Shown here: positions 39,501-47,145 of the stretch, piece after piece
How positions within the stretch are numbered: the first letter of the stretch is position 1
How the letters are laid out: every line of letters starts with the position of its first letter
DNA from: Lachnospirales bacterium
GTDB taxonomy: Bacteria > Bacillota > Clostridia > Lachnospirales > CAMZNU01
Length of the DNA stretch: 64,000 bases
Direction: 5' to 3'
Assembly: GCA_047974375.1 (NCBI GenBank)
Contig: JBKECF010000015.1
Location: forward strand, 50,185 to 114,184
Notes under the pieces: generated by a model
The model's input: only the letters and a program-made list of their open reading frames with translations
Told to the model about the DNA's origin: nothing
Databases searched by the model: none
Translations under genes and position numbers: made by a program

Positions 39501-42500
39501 GAGGAGCATAAATACTATAATTACTTCCTTTTTTATAAGTAAATACCTTACTTGATGCTCCATCGAAAAAATTGATATCTGCATCCTCTTCATCCTTGGC
39601 TGTTAAAGTAACTGTGTATTTAACACTATCATATAAAAACACTAATTCTTGATGATTAATATCAAATGTAACACTAGCAGGTAAAGTTGTATCTGCTTTC
39701 AATGTGTAATTAGTTAAGAAGCTTTCTCTTTCAAAATATGTGTCGGGGCTATCTATTGTTAAACTTTCTCCTGGAACACCATTTTCCACTTTATAGCCTA
39801 ATATAGCTCCTGTTATACTATCTTTTGCTAAAACGGATATAGCTCCATTTGCAGGTTTATAAATAAAGTTAAGTGTCACTGTATCACTATTAGCTACTTG
39901 ATGATAGCTAGCTTCAGTAGCATTACCTGAGGCACTATCAAAAAAGTAATTTTTAATACTCTTTGCATCTTCGCTAATTAAATCACCATAAAAAACTTCG
40001 TATTCTTTTTTAGTAGCTAAAGAGTTGTCCGTTAAGTCAAGATAGTTAACAGTTACCTTCGTTTTCTTCTCTTTAAATACAAAATCGACTACTGTATTCT
40101 CACCTACTTTGGAAACCACCCTTGGTGAAGTTGTATCAAGGATATACCTAGGGCTTAGCATATTTTCTAAATTAGATGCACTTACACTAACATTTATAGC
40201 TCCTAGGTCTGCATCAACTGAATCACCTGCAAGTATTTTACCTATTTCACTTTCTAGCCTTGCATTAATTTTAATAGCGTCTTTTATTGGTTCATAAGTA
40301 AAGGATATTGTATTTAAACTATCCGTAACCATCTCGCTATCTAAGTAAGTACTAACTAATTTATATCCGTCTATATGTTTAGCAACAAAAATTTCCTCTG
40401 TATTTATAGGTAAATTAAATGTATCTGATGTTCCTATTTCAGCACCAACTTTATCAACATATGTTACCTTTACTTCTTTTGTCTTTCTTTTATACGCAAA
40501 AGTTACTTCTTTATCTGTGCCGAATATTATGTCTTTAGAATTTGCTCCTACTGAAACATTCGAAAAAACTCCTTGGTCATCATAATTTACCAAGCCAACT
40601 AATTCCCAATTTTCTAAATCATTTTTGGCACTTATACTTTTAGATTCAGTTTCACCGCCTGGAACTAGTTCGGTGTATACTAAATTTCCTGTTGGTTTGG
40701 TATCACCATCAACTTCGATACCTGTAGTTAGAATATTGCTTTCGCTTAATACATATTCAAACTCAACTACTGTTCTACCAAAATTTTCTAATGTTCCCCC
40801 ATTTGTAGAAGGTAATTTAACAGTTTTAGTTGCCTCTGTTGGATCAACTAAAGCATAATTTTCCATGTGTGGTGCATCAATTACAGCCGTATATTGATCT
40901 GCCTCTGGTGTACCTTCTTTACTTACAAGTAAGTAATTCCCAGTAGATATTTCATCACCTATATATTTTTTAGTACCTGCGCCATCTAGGTAATATGGTT
41001 TTTTAATTACTTCTGTCCATTTTTTCTTGTATTTTGTTACAGTAAAGTTAATTTCTTGAGATTCACTATTTAATGTAATGTCTTTAGAATTTGCATCTTT
41101 AAGTTGGTATCCCATTTCTTCAAGGTCACTTAAAAATTTATCTGCTTTAACAGTTACTTTACTTCCTGCCGCATTACTCTCATCCATATTTTGTAAAACT
41201 GTTTCCCCATTAACATCGTCAATAAAATTAATATATAACCTTGCCATTTGTTGGTAGTTATCTACATAAACAGTTTCTATATATGGCCTATATTCTTCGT
41301 TTACCATATACAAAGTATAGTATCCATTTTTCTTTGGATATGTTTTAAAACTGAAATTAAAAGAACCATCTCCATTTACCGTTGGTAAATCTGCTTTATC
41401 AAAGGAAAAATAAGAACCTGTCTTGCCAGCATATCCATCCCAATCATCTTTTATAGTATCATCGTCTACATAATTACCTAAGTCAGCAAAAAATTCGCTA
41501 TCTCTTGTTTTTGCTGTATTCATATCCTCATCTAGTGTCCATGCAGCATAGACTATATCCGATGTAGAGTAACCTTTGTCTTTTAACTTTATATCAACGT
41601 AGTTTGGTAATGTAGTATCTTTATCATCTACATACACAGCTGTTGATGGATCCAAGCTTGGGCTACTAGAAAAATACTTTTCTAAGTTTGAGTTTTTCGC
41701 CTCCGTACCAAAGTATAAATCTATTAAATGGCCAATTACATTCACTCTACCTTGAGTATACTGCCAATGCCATAAATATTTACCATCATATACACCAATT
41801 GCATTGTTTTGTGTTTCATTATAATTATTATCTTTTATTTGCCACCTATTAGACGGTATTTCAACATTTTTTCCAGTTTTAGTATCGTATCTATATCTAT
41901 TTGCTTCAGCTACACTATACGTATTAACCCATATATTTCTACCATCATAAGTTATATCTTCTTTGTTCCCATCTGCTGGGATCATATCAGTGTAAACTTT
42001 TGTATAACTACCGTCAGATTTTTTAAAACGTGCAAGGTCTGTGTTAGCATATAGTGCTTGTGTACTAATCGCATAGATGTAGTCATTTCCATCATATACT
42101 AATCTGGATACATATCCATCTGTTAATGGATGTGTTGTAGTTGTATTAGTTGAAATGTTATATTTTAAAATCGAATTTTGATTTCGTGCAATCCATATAT
42201 TTTCTCCGTCAAAAATCATGTCATTACCATGAGAAGAACTTCCGTATACTCCATTTGTAAATGTAGTAAGCTCTGTACTATCTACAACATAACCGCCTGT
42301 TATTTCATTTCGAGTAGCTTTATATAAATATCCAGTTGAGCCATAACGACCTAATAAATATAAAGTGTTATGATCAAAGGTTAAAGCACAAATATTGCCA
42401 TATAAACGATTATTGTTTTTATAGCCAGAAATAATACCTTCGTTAACTGTTGTATATGATGTAACAACTTTTCTGGTGCTAGCTTCTACAAAAGCAAGAT

Positions 42501-43275
42501 AACCATAGTTGTCCTTTACAATAATATATCTACCATCAAATACTGCACTAGCACTTATTTCATCAAAATACCTACCAAGTGAACCTGTAAACACAGGGTT
42601 AATATCGATTGATGTATTAAAGTATTCATCAATATCATCCATGCTATAGACTTGAAAACCGCCATAATTTGTAAAAATCCACACTTCATCGTCAGCAATA
42701 ACTAAAGGACCGTTATCCCCACCTGACATATCATCCATTTTATCACTGTATAAAGTTTCCATATTTGTATCATCATTTAAGGGATTCTTAGGAAATAACG
42801 AAAAAGTACCACTACCACTATTGTAAACCCTCTCTCCCTTTAGTTCGTAATTATTGTAAATAGTACTTACATTTCCTGTATCGGAATCTTTTAAAATTAC
42901 CATTACGGATACATACCTATATACATTGTCTAATGAAAAAGTGAATGTGCCTACTTTTTCTTCATGGCCGTATATCCTTTTGCTTTTTGGTGTTGCAGTT
43001 TTATTGTACCCTCTTTCGTAGGTAATACCCGCAACCTCTTTTCCTTTTGTGTTTACTGTTACATCAACTGTCCTTTGAGTTTTTGTTCCTCCAGCAGTAA
43101 AAGTAATGTCATCACTTGCTCCCAATACTCTAATTGAACTGGGTGTACTTATGTTTTCTTTGTAGAAATTGTTTCTTCCTTTATTTGATGCCGACACTTC
43201 CACCATATTTGAATTTAAACCTATAGAGGTAAAAAGCATAATGGTAGCTAATAAAATAGATAAAGCCTTCTTCAT
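33535..43275 (-). CDS. Giant (3246 aa) secreted, SLH-anchored modular surface protein / putative adhesin
   Basis: Uninterrupted 9.7-kb ORF in AT-rich DNA. Sec signal peptide, seven propeller-like repeats, more than 25 beta-sandwich-like modules (MucBP-like xVxYVDxxG alternating with IxVxAKDKxTG), and three C-terminal SLH motifs (YVNGYPDGSVKPDFEITRAE, YVNGYEDETFKPDKNITRAE, ALATRAE). Confidence 0.9.
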   Translation of the reverse strand: MKKALSILLATIMLFTSIGLNSNMVEVSASNKGRNNFYKENISTPSSIRVLGASDDITFTAGGTKTQRTVDVTVNTKGKEVAGITYERGYNKTATPKSKRIYGHEEKVGTFTFSLDNVYRYVSVMVILKDSDTGNVSTIYNNYELKGERVYNSGSGTFSLFPKNPLNDDTNMETLYSDKMDDMSGGDNGPLVIADDEVWIFTNYGGFQVYSMDDIDEYFNTSIDINPVFTGSLGRYFDEISASAVFDGRYIIVKDNYGYLAFVEASTRKVVTSYTTVNEGIISGYKNNNRLYGNICALTFDHNTLYLLGRYGSTGYLYKATRNEITGGYVVDSTELTTFTNGVYGSSSHGNDMIFDGENIWIARNQNSILKYNISTNTTTTHPLTDGYVSRLVYDGNDYIYAISTQALYANTDLARFKKSDGSYTKVYTDMIPADGNKEDITYDGRNIWVNTYSVAEANRYRYDTKTGKNVEIPSNRWQIKDNNYNETQNNAIGVYDGKYLWHWQYTQGRVNVIGHLIDLYFGTEAKNSNLEKYFSSSPSLDPSTAVYVDDKDTTLPNYVDIKLKDKGYSTSDIVYAAWTLDEDMNTAKTRDSEFFADLGNYVDDDTIKDDWDGYAGKTGSYFSFDKADLPTVNGDGSFNFSFKTYPKKNGYYTLYMVNEEYRPYIETVYVDNYQQMARLYINFIDDVNGETVLQNMDESNAAGSKVTVKADKFLSDLEEMGYQLKDANSKDITLNSESQEINFTVTKYKKKWTEVIKKPYYLDGAGTKKYIGDEISTGNYLLVSKEGTPEADQYTAVIDAPHMENYALVDPTEATKTVKLPSTNGGTLENFGRTVVEFEYVLSESNILTTGIEVDGDTKPTGNLVYTELVPGGETESKSISAKNDLENWELVGLVNYDDQGVFSNVSVGANSKDIIFGTDKEVTFAYKRKTKEVKVTYVDKVGAEIGTSDTFNLPINTEEIFVAKHIDGYKLVSTYLDSEMVTDSLNTISFTYEPIKDAIKINARLESEIGKILAGDSVDADLGAINVSVSASNLENMLSPRYILDTTSPRVVSKVGENTVVDFVFKEKKTKVTVNYLDLTDNSLATKKEYEVFYGDLISEDAKSIKNYFFDSASGNATEASYHQVANSDTVTLNFIYKPANGAISVLAKDSITGAILGYKVENGVPGESLTIDSPDTYFERESFLTNYTLKADTTLPASVTFDINHQELVFLYDSVKYTVTLTAKDEEDADINFFDGASSKVFTYKKGSNYSIYAPPVTGYEVISDPPFLSGSNINANVTHTFKYKKIDRTVNLSIKAISDDETIIINTGVISGDRGIEKQINVSDYYAYIDLDKWELVDVASKKAIFGTDKEVKFKFKRKMVDLTVKYVNSSGAEIADSEIISVPTKSNYNVNAKFINNYEYATDQQPYEVIAVGTSNLTVEINYVSASGNILVVAKDKETGEILEGKYYSGNIGDTYTAMPSDLKTNSSAAYKYDEASETSLTVTATPADNIVNLYYTKVMSDIIVKYVDEGGIDIIPPKTYKAQFDQPVEEYAINVDFHNLTSVNHQEISKVSESPHTITFTYERVNYEIVTDGVINIIAKGTDGNTLALKSISGTIGEQQIVNATAIFGDVVGYKLKDNEEKSAVYTNGFVNIEFLYEPTSLNVTIVAKDKDGKNLPITDNIVPIKEGDSIMINAPHIENYSVIGIDKDDQNSDDFINYTNVMSAETATFYYEPIGKLVVSKGIEVDSSGKATGNTVYSQIHNGNESTTTKINAKTNLPNWTLVGLYTADGDISKDITSKDVVYGIDEEVTFAYTRKMIDITVNYVEDGTGLVLGTDVFNVPLNDKLTITAKVVDGYELKDKNADSYKKTITANDSSKTQSFTYIKLQEGVVIEARLDSPTGKVLVRSSTDYPIGDKNVKVTADDLNAMLSPRYVLEPSSQSPYTLSLVEKDSVVVFIYKEQLSTVTINYVDSANESISAQKTYTVPYGTAISESAKSVDDYYLDTSKSSALYNVEGASQSSYNHTFYYKIAGGSITVMAKDKDTQDILYYKVYTADQGSTLTINASEEFSAENFIGYYSLSGDNIQTMPYGNKHKEIVFLYERDTYTVTIKAEDLDGNPLSFYDGETSKVFTYNKGGKYLIYAPPVVGYEIKAPYVAENNAEGTGIVANTEFTFVYENIDMDENLVIKGISDDGKYIIGSKVLTGQRKELASVIISNYENEIYNPDDWTLVGDGVQEAIFGNDKEVVFTFKRNKVKLTVNHIKETASGDVIESTSTVDVNTNSKFTSSAMLIDDYQLKSSETFRKVTEVGTTDIAVEYRYIPIEGNVFLHAVDSKGNTLLVRGVEATTNSPYTVTQDKINEISSALAPGYLYDLTSTTTLDNVSSDLSKNIIELKYKDVDSVITVKYVDQFGVEVFPTSTYTMQYGEAFNEYAVNIDYYNLTSTKSSYSETVSEPEYNIVFEYQLVDYTIVTDGVVNIIAKVSDGKGGYKILDFKSKNGTIGETVRIGAAEELGEFTGYKLKDEPYKEATFVSGYVEVVFLYEMSNLAITIVAKDKTTNEVLNFTEESVIPVIEGGTVTVHAPHIAEYEVDGLSYKTFENVTNSQEYIFYFNKIAVPSTLNIKHISYVNGYQVVVKTEVLKGNVGEVITISPIKPSEALEMGYEINENYNLNKKLTYGIDSGFTFLYNRIMSKLNINHNVEIYDKDNTTLLSTMSETEKASLAPNLLNSEYTVSNGEFTTVIAPFENNYVINTNKNTEKLRQIIKVEHNQTVNYYYRNITGNVLIRAVVEDKDGTEVINGKKYTLLAQLDDAVDAGGKYTSAEANKVKGELEGLISPPYIYSGLISGSEDFTMGSGDTYEDHTITYEFTADYKDVEISYFDKSGVLLSPNLLGIKFNPVKGRIIKGEYFSEYALNVQNYNFMSSSINGQNSQKVYYNEVVNDDTKVGFYYEPVTLVQPTVPTTINMTYNGTSIGNTSVDVYPGQVVFAPYRDGYKPTNESITIGTEVEATYEFKYSKVEKEIEKEVIHVNTDRTKTVYVDVPRGVDYSGTAYEHEKYVNGYPDGSVKPDFEITRAEVVVMLYNILYDEKTDKNIYAATTLRDIDQDKWYAEAVNYMTIKRYVNGYEDETFKPDKNITRAELATILSNVFGTVNNSEVNALPLDPNNWATPFIIKAYSNGLYNGFSLNDYDFNALATRAEVIVMINNGTNRIPNRKYLSQFEIPNDLNQAHWAYYHILESLNSHKGHYEGNFGDEYEIVE
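33538..34161 (-). other. C-terminal SLH (S-layer homology) anchoring region, three SLH motifs (last ~208 aa)
   Basis: Three repeats of the G-Y-x-D-x-x-F/V-K-P-D-x-x-I-T-R-A-E type, plus W-A/Y-containing helices. Confidence 0.75.
35458..38106 (-). repeat. Super-repeat B of the giant protein (aa 1724-2606, 883 aa)
   Basis: Same module order as A: LSPRYILD/LSPRYVLE, YTVTLTAKDEED/YTVTIKAEDLDG, IYAPPVTGYE/IYAPPVVGYE, VKYVDEGG/VKYVDQFG, IVTDGVINIIAKG/IVTDGVVNIIAKV, VTIVAKDKDG/ITIVAKDKTT. Confidence 0.8.
38107..40734 (-). repeat. Super-repeat A of the giant protein (aa 848-1723, 876 aa, ~9-10 modules)
   Basis: Colinear with super-repeat B over its full length. Example: GIEVDGDTKPTGNLVYTE...NWELVGL versus GIEVDSSGKATGNTVYSQ...NWTLVGL, 23 of 44 identical in the stretch I counted. 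Confidence 0.8.
41716..42723 (-). other. Putative seven-bladed beta-propeller region (aa ~185-520)
   Basis: Seven repeats of an aromatic-D-G/D-x-x-hydrophobic-W/Y core at aa 194, 246, 300, 355, 394, 443 and 496: ADDEVWI, FDGRYII, FDHNTLY, FDGENIW, YDGNDYI, YDGRNIW, YDGKYLW. Spacing is 39-55 aa. Confidence 0.55.
43189..43275 (-). other. Signal peptide of the giant protein (aa 1-29, predicted cleavage VSA/SN)
   Basis: MKKALSILLATIMLFTSIGLNSNMVEVSA: n-region KK, hydrophobic core, then an AxA-like site. Confidence 0.7.
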
Positions 43276-43359
43276 TTTTCAAATCCTTTCGCAAATATAA
43301 TTTGTAATACGTAAAAAAATTCAAATGGCATTTGATACAAAGCTTAAGCCACTTTGTTA

Positions 43360-43388
43360 ATTATATAGTAATTATCTTAAGCTTTCAA
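43360..43388 (-). promoter_or_regulatory. Near-consensus sigma-A promoter of the giant gene
   Basis: Minus strand TTGAAA, 17 nt spacer, TATAAT. The leader is ~80 nt to ATG 43275. Confidence 0.55.
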
Positions 43389-43515
43389 CTAAAGTTCTAT
43401 TAACAATAGTAATAAAAGTGGAAAAAAAAAATGATTATGTTAAAATAAAACATCTGCATTAAATTATAAATTTAAAATGCAAGTTTGTGTTCAAATAAGC
43501 TGAAGGGAGGTAAAA

Positions 43516-44541
43516 ATGAGAATAAATGAATTTATAGAAAATGAAATGAGAACTTCACCGATTGCATATTCAATAATCTATTTATATATTTTAAGTGAAT
43601 GGCAAAATAATAAAACTGTTACGGTACAAAGTATTTCAGAAAATATTATAAATCTAACTGAAATAGATATAAGAAATTCATTAAATTTTTGGAGAGATAA
43701 AAATTATTTAGGATTTAATCAAGACAATATTTATCCTTATAAAAGTGTCGAAGCTAATGAAATCGAAATTAGCAAAACTAATGAGATTAATAAAACTCAT
43801 GAACATAAAAATGAAACAACTAAGGTTTCCACAATAGTCGTGGATCATAAACCAACTTATTCAATGGAAGAACTAGAATTATTTAAAAAAGATAATTCAG
43901 ATGTAAATAAAATTTTCCAAATCGCTGAAAGTACTTTCGGCAAATATTTATCGTCTAATGATTTAAACACGATGTTTAGTTTTTATGATTGGTTAAGACT
44001 GCCTGTTGATGTTATAGAAATGTTAGTTGTCCATTGTGCTTCCAACGGACATAATAGCATCCACTATATGGAAAAAGTGGCCGTTGACTGGCACGATAAA
44101 AATTTAAACACAATAGAAAAGGTAAATGACCATCTGAAAATGTATAACAAAGAATTTAGAGAAATTTTAAAATCTCTAGGCGTATACAGCAGGGATCTAA
44201 CTGCTATAGAAATTGAATTTATTGAAAAATGGAGAAATGAATATAATTTTTCCCATGAATTAATTTTAGAGGCCTGCGATAAAACAATATTAACAGCACA
44301 AAAACCATCTCTGGCATACGTTGATGGAATAATAAAAAACTGGCTTAATGCCGGAGTAAAAACAAAAGAGGATGCAGTAGCATATGAAGAAAAACATTAT
44401 GCTACTATAAACAATGTCAAGGAAGAAAAAAAGAAAAAAGTCACAAAAAATAAATTTTCTAATTTCACACAAGAATCAATTGATTTCTCTGAAATAGAAA
44501 AATTAGAAAATGAAAGATTAAAAAGAAAAATAAAGGAGTAA
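43516..44541 (+). CDS. DnaD-domain protein (replication initiation/membrane attachment, DnaB_2-type repeats)
   Basis: 341 aa with two DnaD-like C-terminal-domain repeats (SSNDLNTMFSFYDWLRLPVDVIEMLVVHC; SHELILEACDKTILTAQKPSLAYVDGIIKNW). RBS GGGAGG. Confidence 0.7.
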   Translation: MRINEFIENEMRTSPIAYSIIYLYILSEWQNNKTVTVQSISENIINLTEIDIRNSLNFWRDKNYLGFNQDNIYPYKSVEANEIEISKTNEINKTHEHKNETTKVSTIVVDHKPTYSMEELELFKKDNSDVNKIFQIAESTFGKYLSSNDLNTMFSFYDWLRLPVDVIEMLVVHCASNGHNSIHYMEKVAVDWHDKNLNTIEKVNDHLKMYNKEFREILKSLGVYSRDLTAIEIEFIEKWRNEYNFSHELILEACDKTILTAQKPSLAYVDGIIKNWLNAGVKTKEDAVAYEEKHYATINNVKEEKKKKVTKNKFSNFTQESIDFSEIEKLENERLKRKIKE

Positions 44542-44544
44542 AAA

Positions 44545-45969
44545 ATGATAAGAACAAGGTTTGCACCAAGCCCAACAGGATATATGCACATAGGGAACTT
44601 AAGAACAGCTCTTTATGAATATTTAATTGCTAAACATGATAATGGTAAATTTATACTAAGAATTGAAGACACTGATCAAGGGCGTTTAGTGGAAGGCTCT
44701 GTCGATGTAATATACAACACCCTTAAAATAGCCGGTTTAGAACATGATGAAGGTCCAGATATTGGCGGTGAATACGGTCCCTATACTCAAAGCGAAAGAA
44801 AAAACAATTATTTGAAATTTGCAAAAAAACTAATAGAAACAGGGAATGCGTACTATTGTTTTTGTACTAAAGAACGACTAGAGGAAATAGATAGTAATGC
44901 ACCATATGATAGGCATTGCAAGAGCCTTACCAAAGAAGAAATAAATGAAAAACTTGAAGCGAATACACCTTATGTTATTAGGCAATTTATACCCGAAGGT
45001 AAAACTTCCTTTGATGATTTAGTATATGGTAAAATAGAAGTAGATAATAAAGAACTGGAAGACCAAATTTTAATTAAATCTGATGGTTTACCAACGTATA
45101 ACTTCGCAAATGTAGTTGATGATCACTTAATGAATATAACTCATGTAGTTCGTGGAAGTGAATACCTGTCCTCTACTCCAAAGTATAACTTACTATATGA
45201 TGCATTTGGCTTTGAAAAGCCGATATATGTTCATCTTCCTCTTATTCTTAACGAAAGCGGTGAAAAGCTTTCCAAAAGAAAAGGCGATGCGTCTTTTGAA
45301 GATTTAATAACTCAGGGATTTTTACCAGAGGCTATTATTAATTATATAGCTCTTTTAGGCTGGGCTCCTAGAGATAACCAAGAATTTTTCACCTTGGACG
45401 AATTAGTGAAATCTTTTGACATTAAGGGATTAAGTAAGTCTCCTTCATCTTTCGACACAAATAAATTAAAATGGATGAATGCTGAATACTTTAAAAAAAT
45501 GAGCGATAGTGAATTCTACAACATAAGCAAAGACATACTTAAAAGCAGTATAATAAAAGATGTAGATTTATCTTATATTTCTACATTGGTTAAAAGTAGA
45601 ATAACATTTTTAAACGATATTCCACAATTAGTTGATTTTATTGATAATTTCGATAAATACGATACTGAACTATTTGTACATAAAAAAATGAAAACAACTA
45701 CGGAATTATCGAAAGATAGTTTAAGTGCATTACTACCTCTGTTAGAAGATATCATCGAAAACGATTGGACACTAGATTATTTACACGATAAAATTATGGA
45801 AAAAATAAGTCAACTAGAAATCAAAAATGGTCAAATGCTTTGGCCTTTACGTACTGCCCTTTCAGGTAAACCAACTTCACCTTGTGGAGGTATAGACATT
45901 TTAGTTATTCTAGGTAAGGAAGAAAGTATAAAGAGAATTGAATTTAGCATAGATTTGCTAAATAAATAA
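44545..45969 (+). CDS. gltX: Glutamyl-tRNA synthetase
   Basis: [24 protein letters not shown] (HIGH motif) and KLSKRK (KMSKS-like). 474 aa. Confidence 0.93.
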   Translation: MIRTRFAPSPTGYMHIGNLRTALYEYLIAKHDNGKFILRIEDTDQGRLVEGSVDVIYNTLKIAGLEHDEGPDIGGEYGPYTQSERKNNYLKFAKKLIETGNAYYCFCTKERLEEIDSNAPYDRHCKSLTKEEINEKLEANTPYVIRQFIPEGKTSFDDLVYGKIEVDNKELEDQILIKSDGLPTYNFANVVDDHLMNITHVVRGSEYLSSTPKYNLLYDAFGFEKPIYVHLPLILNESGEKLSKRKGDASFEDLITQGFLPEAIINYIALLGWAPRDNQEFFTLDELVKSFDIKGLSKSPSSFDTNKLKWMNAEYFKKMSDSEFYNISKDILKSSIIKDVDLSYISTLVKSRITFLNDIPQLVDFIDNFDKYDTELFVHKKMKTTTELSKDSLSALLPLLEDIIENDWTLDYLHDKIMEKISQLEIKNGQMLWPLRTALSGKPTSPCGGIDILVILGKEESIKRIEFSIDLLNK

Positions 45970-45998
45970 TTCTATTAGTTTAATCATATAATAGACAT

Positions 45999-46048
45999 AA
46001 AGGGCTACAGTTAATAGGTTTTGAAATCACATAACTGTATCCCTTTTA
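45999..46048. terminator. Bidirectional terminator between convergent gltX and capA
   Basis: AAGGGCTACAGTTA...TAACTGTATCCCTTTT. Confidence 0.65.
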
Positions 46049-46057
46049 ATTTTCATA

Positions 46058-47119
46058 TTAATCTTTTGGTCTTACATTTCCATCTTTGTCTATTTCAACA
46101 TCAAAAGATATGTTTTGTAAATATCTATAAAATTTTTCTTTTTTCACATTATTTGTTATTAATGTTGTTTTTGAATTGTAAGCCTTACAAGGTAAAATTT
46201 TTATTTTAGTTTCATTGTTTTCATTTATTACTACTCTTAAAATTGCTGTTTGACTTATTGAATTGTAAAAAATAAGATTTCCTAAACTATATACTATTGG
46301 TTTTCCCTTATAATATTCTATCCCTTGCAAAACATGAGGATGGCTTCCAACAACTAAATCAGCTCCTGCATCAATATACTTCTTTGCCAAATCTCTTTGG
46401 TACCGCTCTGGTCTTTCGGCTTTCTCTACGCCCCAATGTATATACGCAACAACATATTTATTTTTCTTCTTTGCTTTTGTGATTTCAGTAACTAATTTGC
46501 TAGGATCATAAGTTGTAAGCACTCCAGATTTTTTATTTGTTGCATTCCAACCATAAACAGGTATAACTCTTGTTGCTCCCAACATAGCTATATTTTTATT
46601 GTTTATTTTAAAATCCACTGGAGCTTTAGCTTCATCTAAGTTCTTTCCTGCACCAACATATTTAATATCCAAGTTATTTAGTGTTGTAAAAGAATCATCT
46701 AGTGCAATTGGTCCAAAGTCTAAAGTGTGGTTATTAGCTAAAGATACAACGTCAACATTCATCTCATTAAAAATTTTTCCATAAGAAGGATTTACTCTAA
46801 AAGTATACTTTTTATCTGGGGCTTTTTTACCACGTTGACTAAAGGCAAATTCTTGATTTATCATTGTAATATCATCATTTAAAAATAAATTTTGTATATT
46901 TTTATCAAGTATTCCATCGATTCCGTGGGAGTTATATTTATTTAGAACATATTCCGATAGATAAACATCCCCACCGAACAAAATCGTGTATTCTTTTGCA
47001 GAATTATCTCTTTCTATATGTATATGATCTTCAGTTGAGTTAATATCCTCGGCATAAATATTTATATAAAGTAAATTATATAATATCAAGGTTAATATAA
47101 AATATTTAAATACCTTCAT
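46058..47119 (-). CDS. capA: CapA-family (PGA_cap) metallophosphatase-like protein, secreted or membrane-anchored
   Basis: Signal/anchor sequence plus motifs ILFGGDVYL, SLANNHTLDFG, AYIHWGVE, VVGSHPHVLQG. Confidence 0.8.
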   Translation of the reverse strand: MKVFKYFILTLILYNLLYINIYAEDINSTEDHIHIERDNSAKEYTILFGGDVYLSEYVLNKYNSHGIDGILDKNIQNLFLNDDITMINQEFAFSQRGKKAPDKKYTFRVNPSYGKIFNEMNVDVVSLANNHTLDFGPIALDDSFTTLNNLDIKYVGAGKNLDEAKAPVDFKINNKNIAMLGATRVIPVYGWNATNKKSGVLTTYDPSKLVTEITKAKKKNKYVVAYIHWGVEKAERPERYQRDLAKKYIDAGADLVVGSHPHVLQGIEYYKGKPIVYSLGNLIFYNSISQTAILRVVINENNETKIKILPCKAYNSKTTLITNNVKKEKFYRYLQNISFDVEIDKDGNVRPKD

Positions 47120-47145
47120 AATTAGCCCTCTTTTCTATATATTAA

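Noticed and set aside
33535-43275. Periodic repetition across 9.7 kb, which could be mistaken for a CRISPR or tandem DNA repeat array. Also the small plus-strand ORFs inside it: 35419-35631, 37872-38117, 38360-38560, 39101-39289, 40109-40297, 40625-40858, 41809-42054.
   Set aside because: The periodicity is at the protein-domain level (85-100 aa modules, diverged), within one continuous ORF. There are no short exact direct repeats with unique spacers. The embedded ORFs are antisense shadows.
43276-43359. c-di-GMP or other riboswitch in the leader of the giant adhesin-like gene
   Set aside because: The leader is only ~80 nt, and I could not find GEMM-I/II or any other riboswitch core motifs. 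Only short palindromes are present.
43422-43431. A10 homopolymer upstream of the giant gene, considered as a slipped-strand phase-variation switch
   Set aside because: It lies ~34 nt upstream of the -35 hexamer, not in the promoter spacer or the coding region, so length changes would not obviously switch expression. It may simply be an UP-element-like A-tract.
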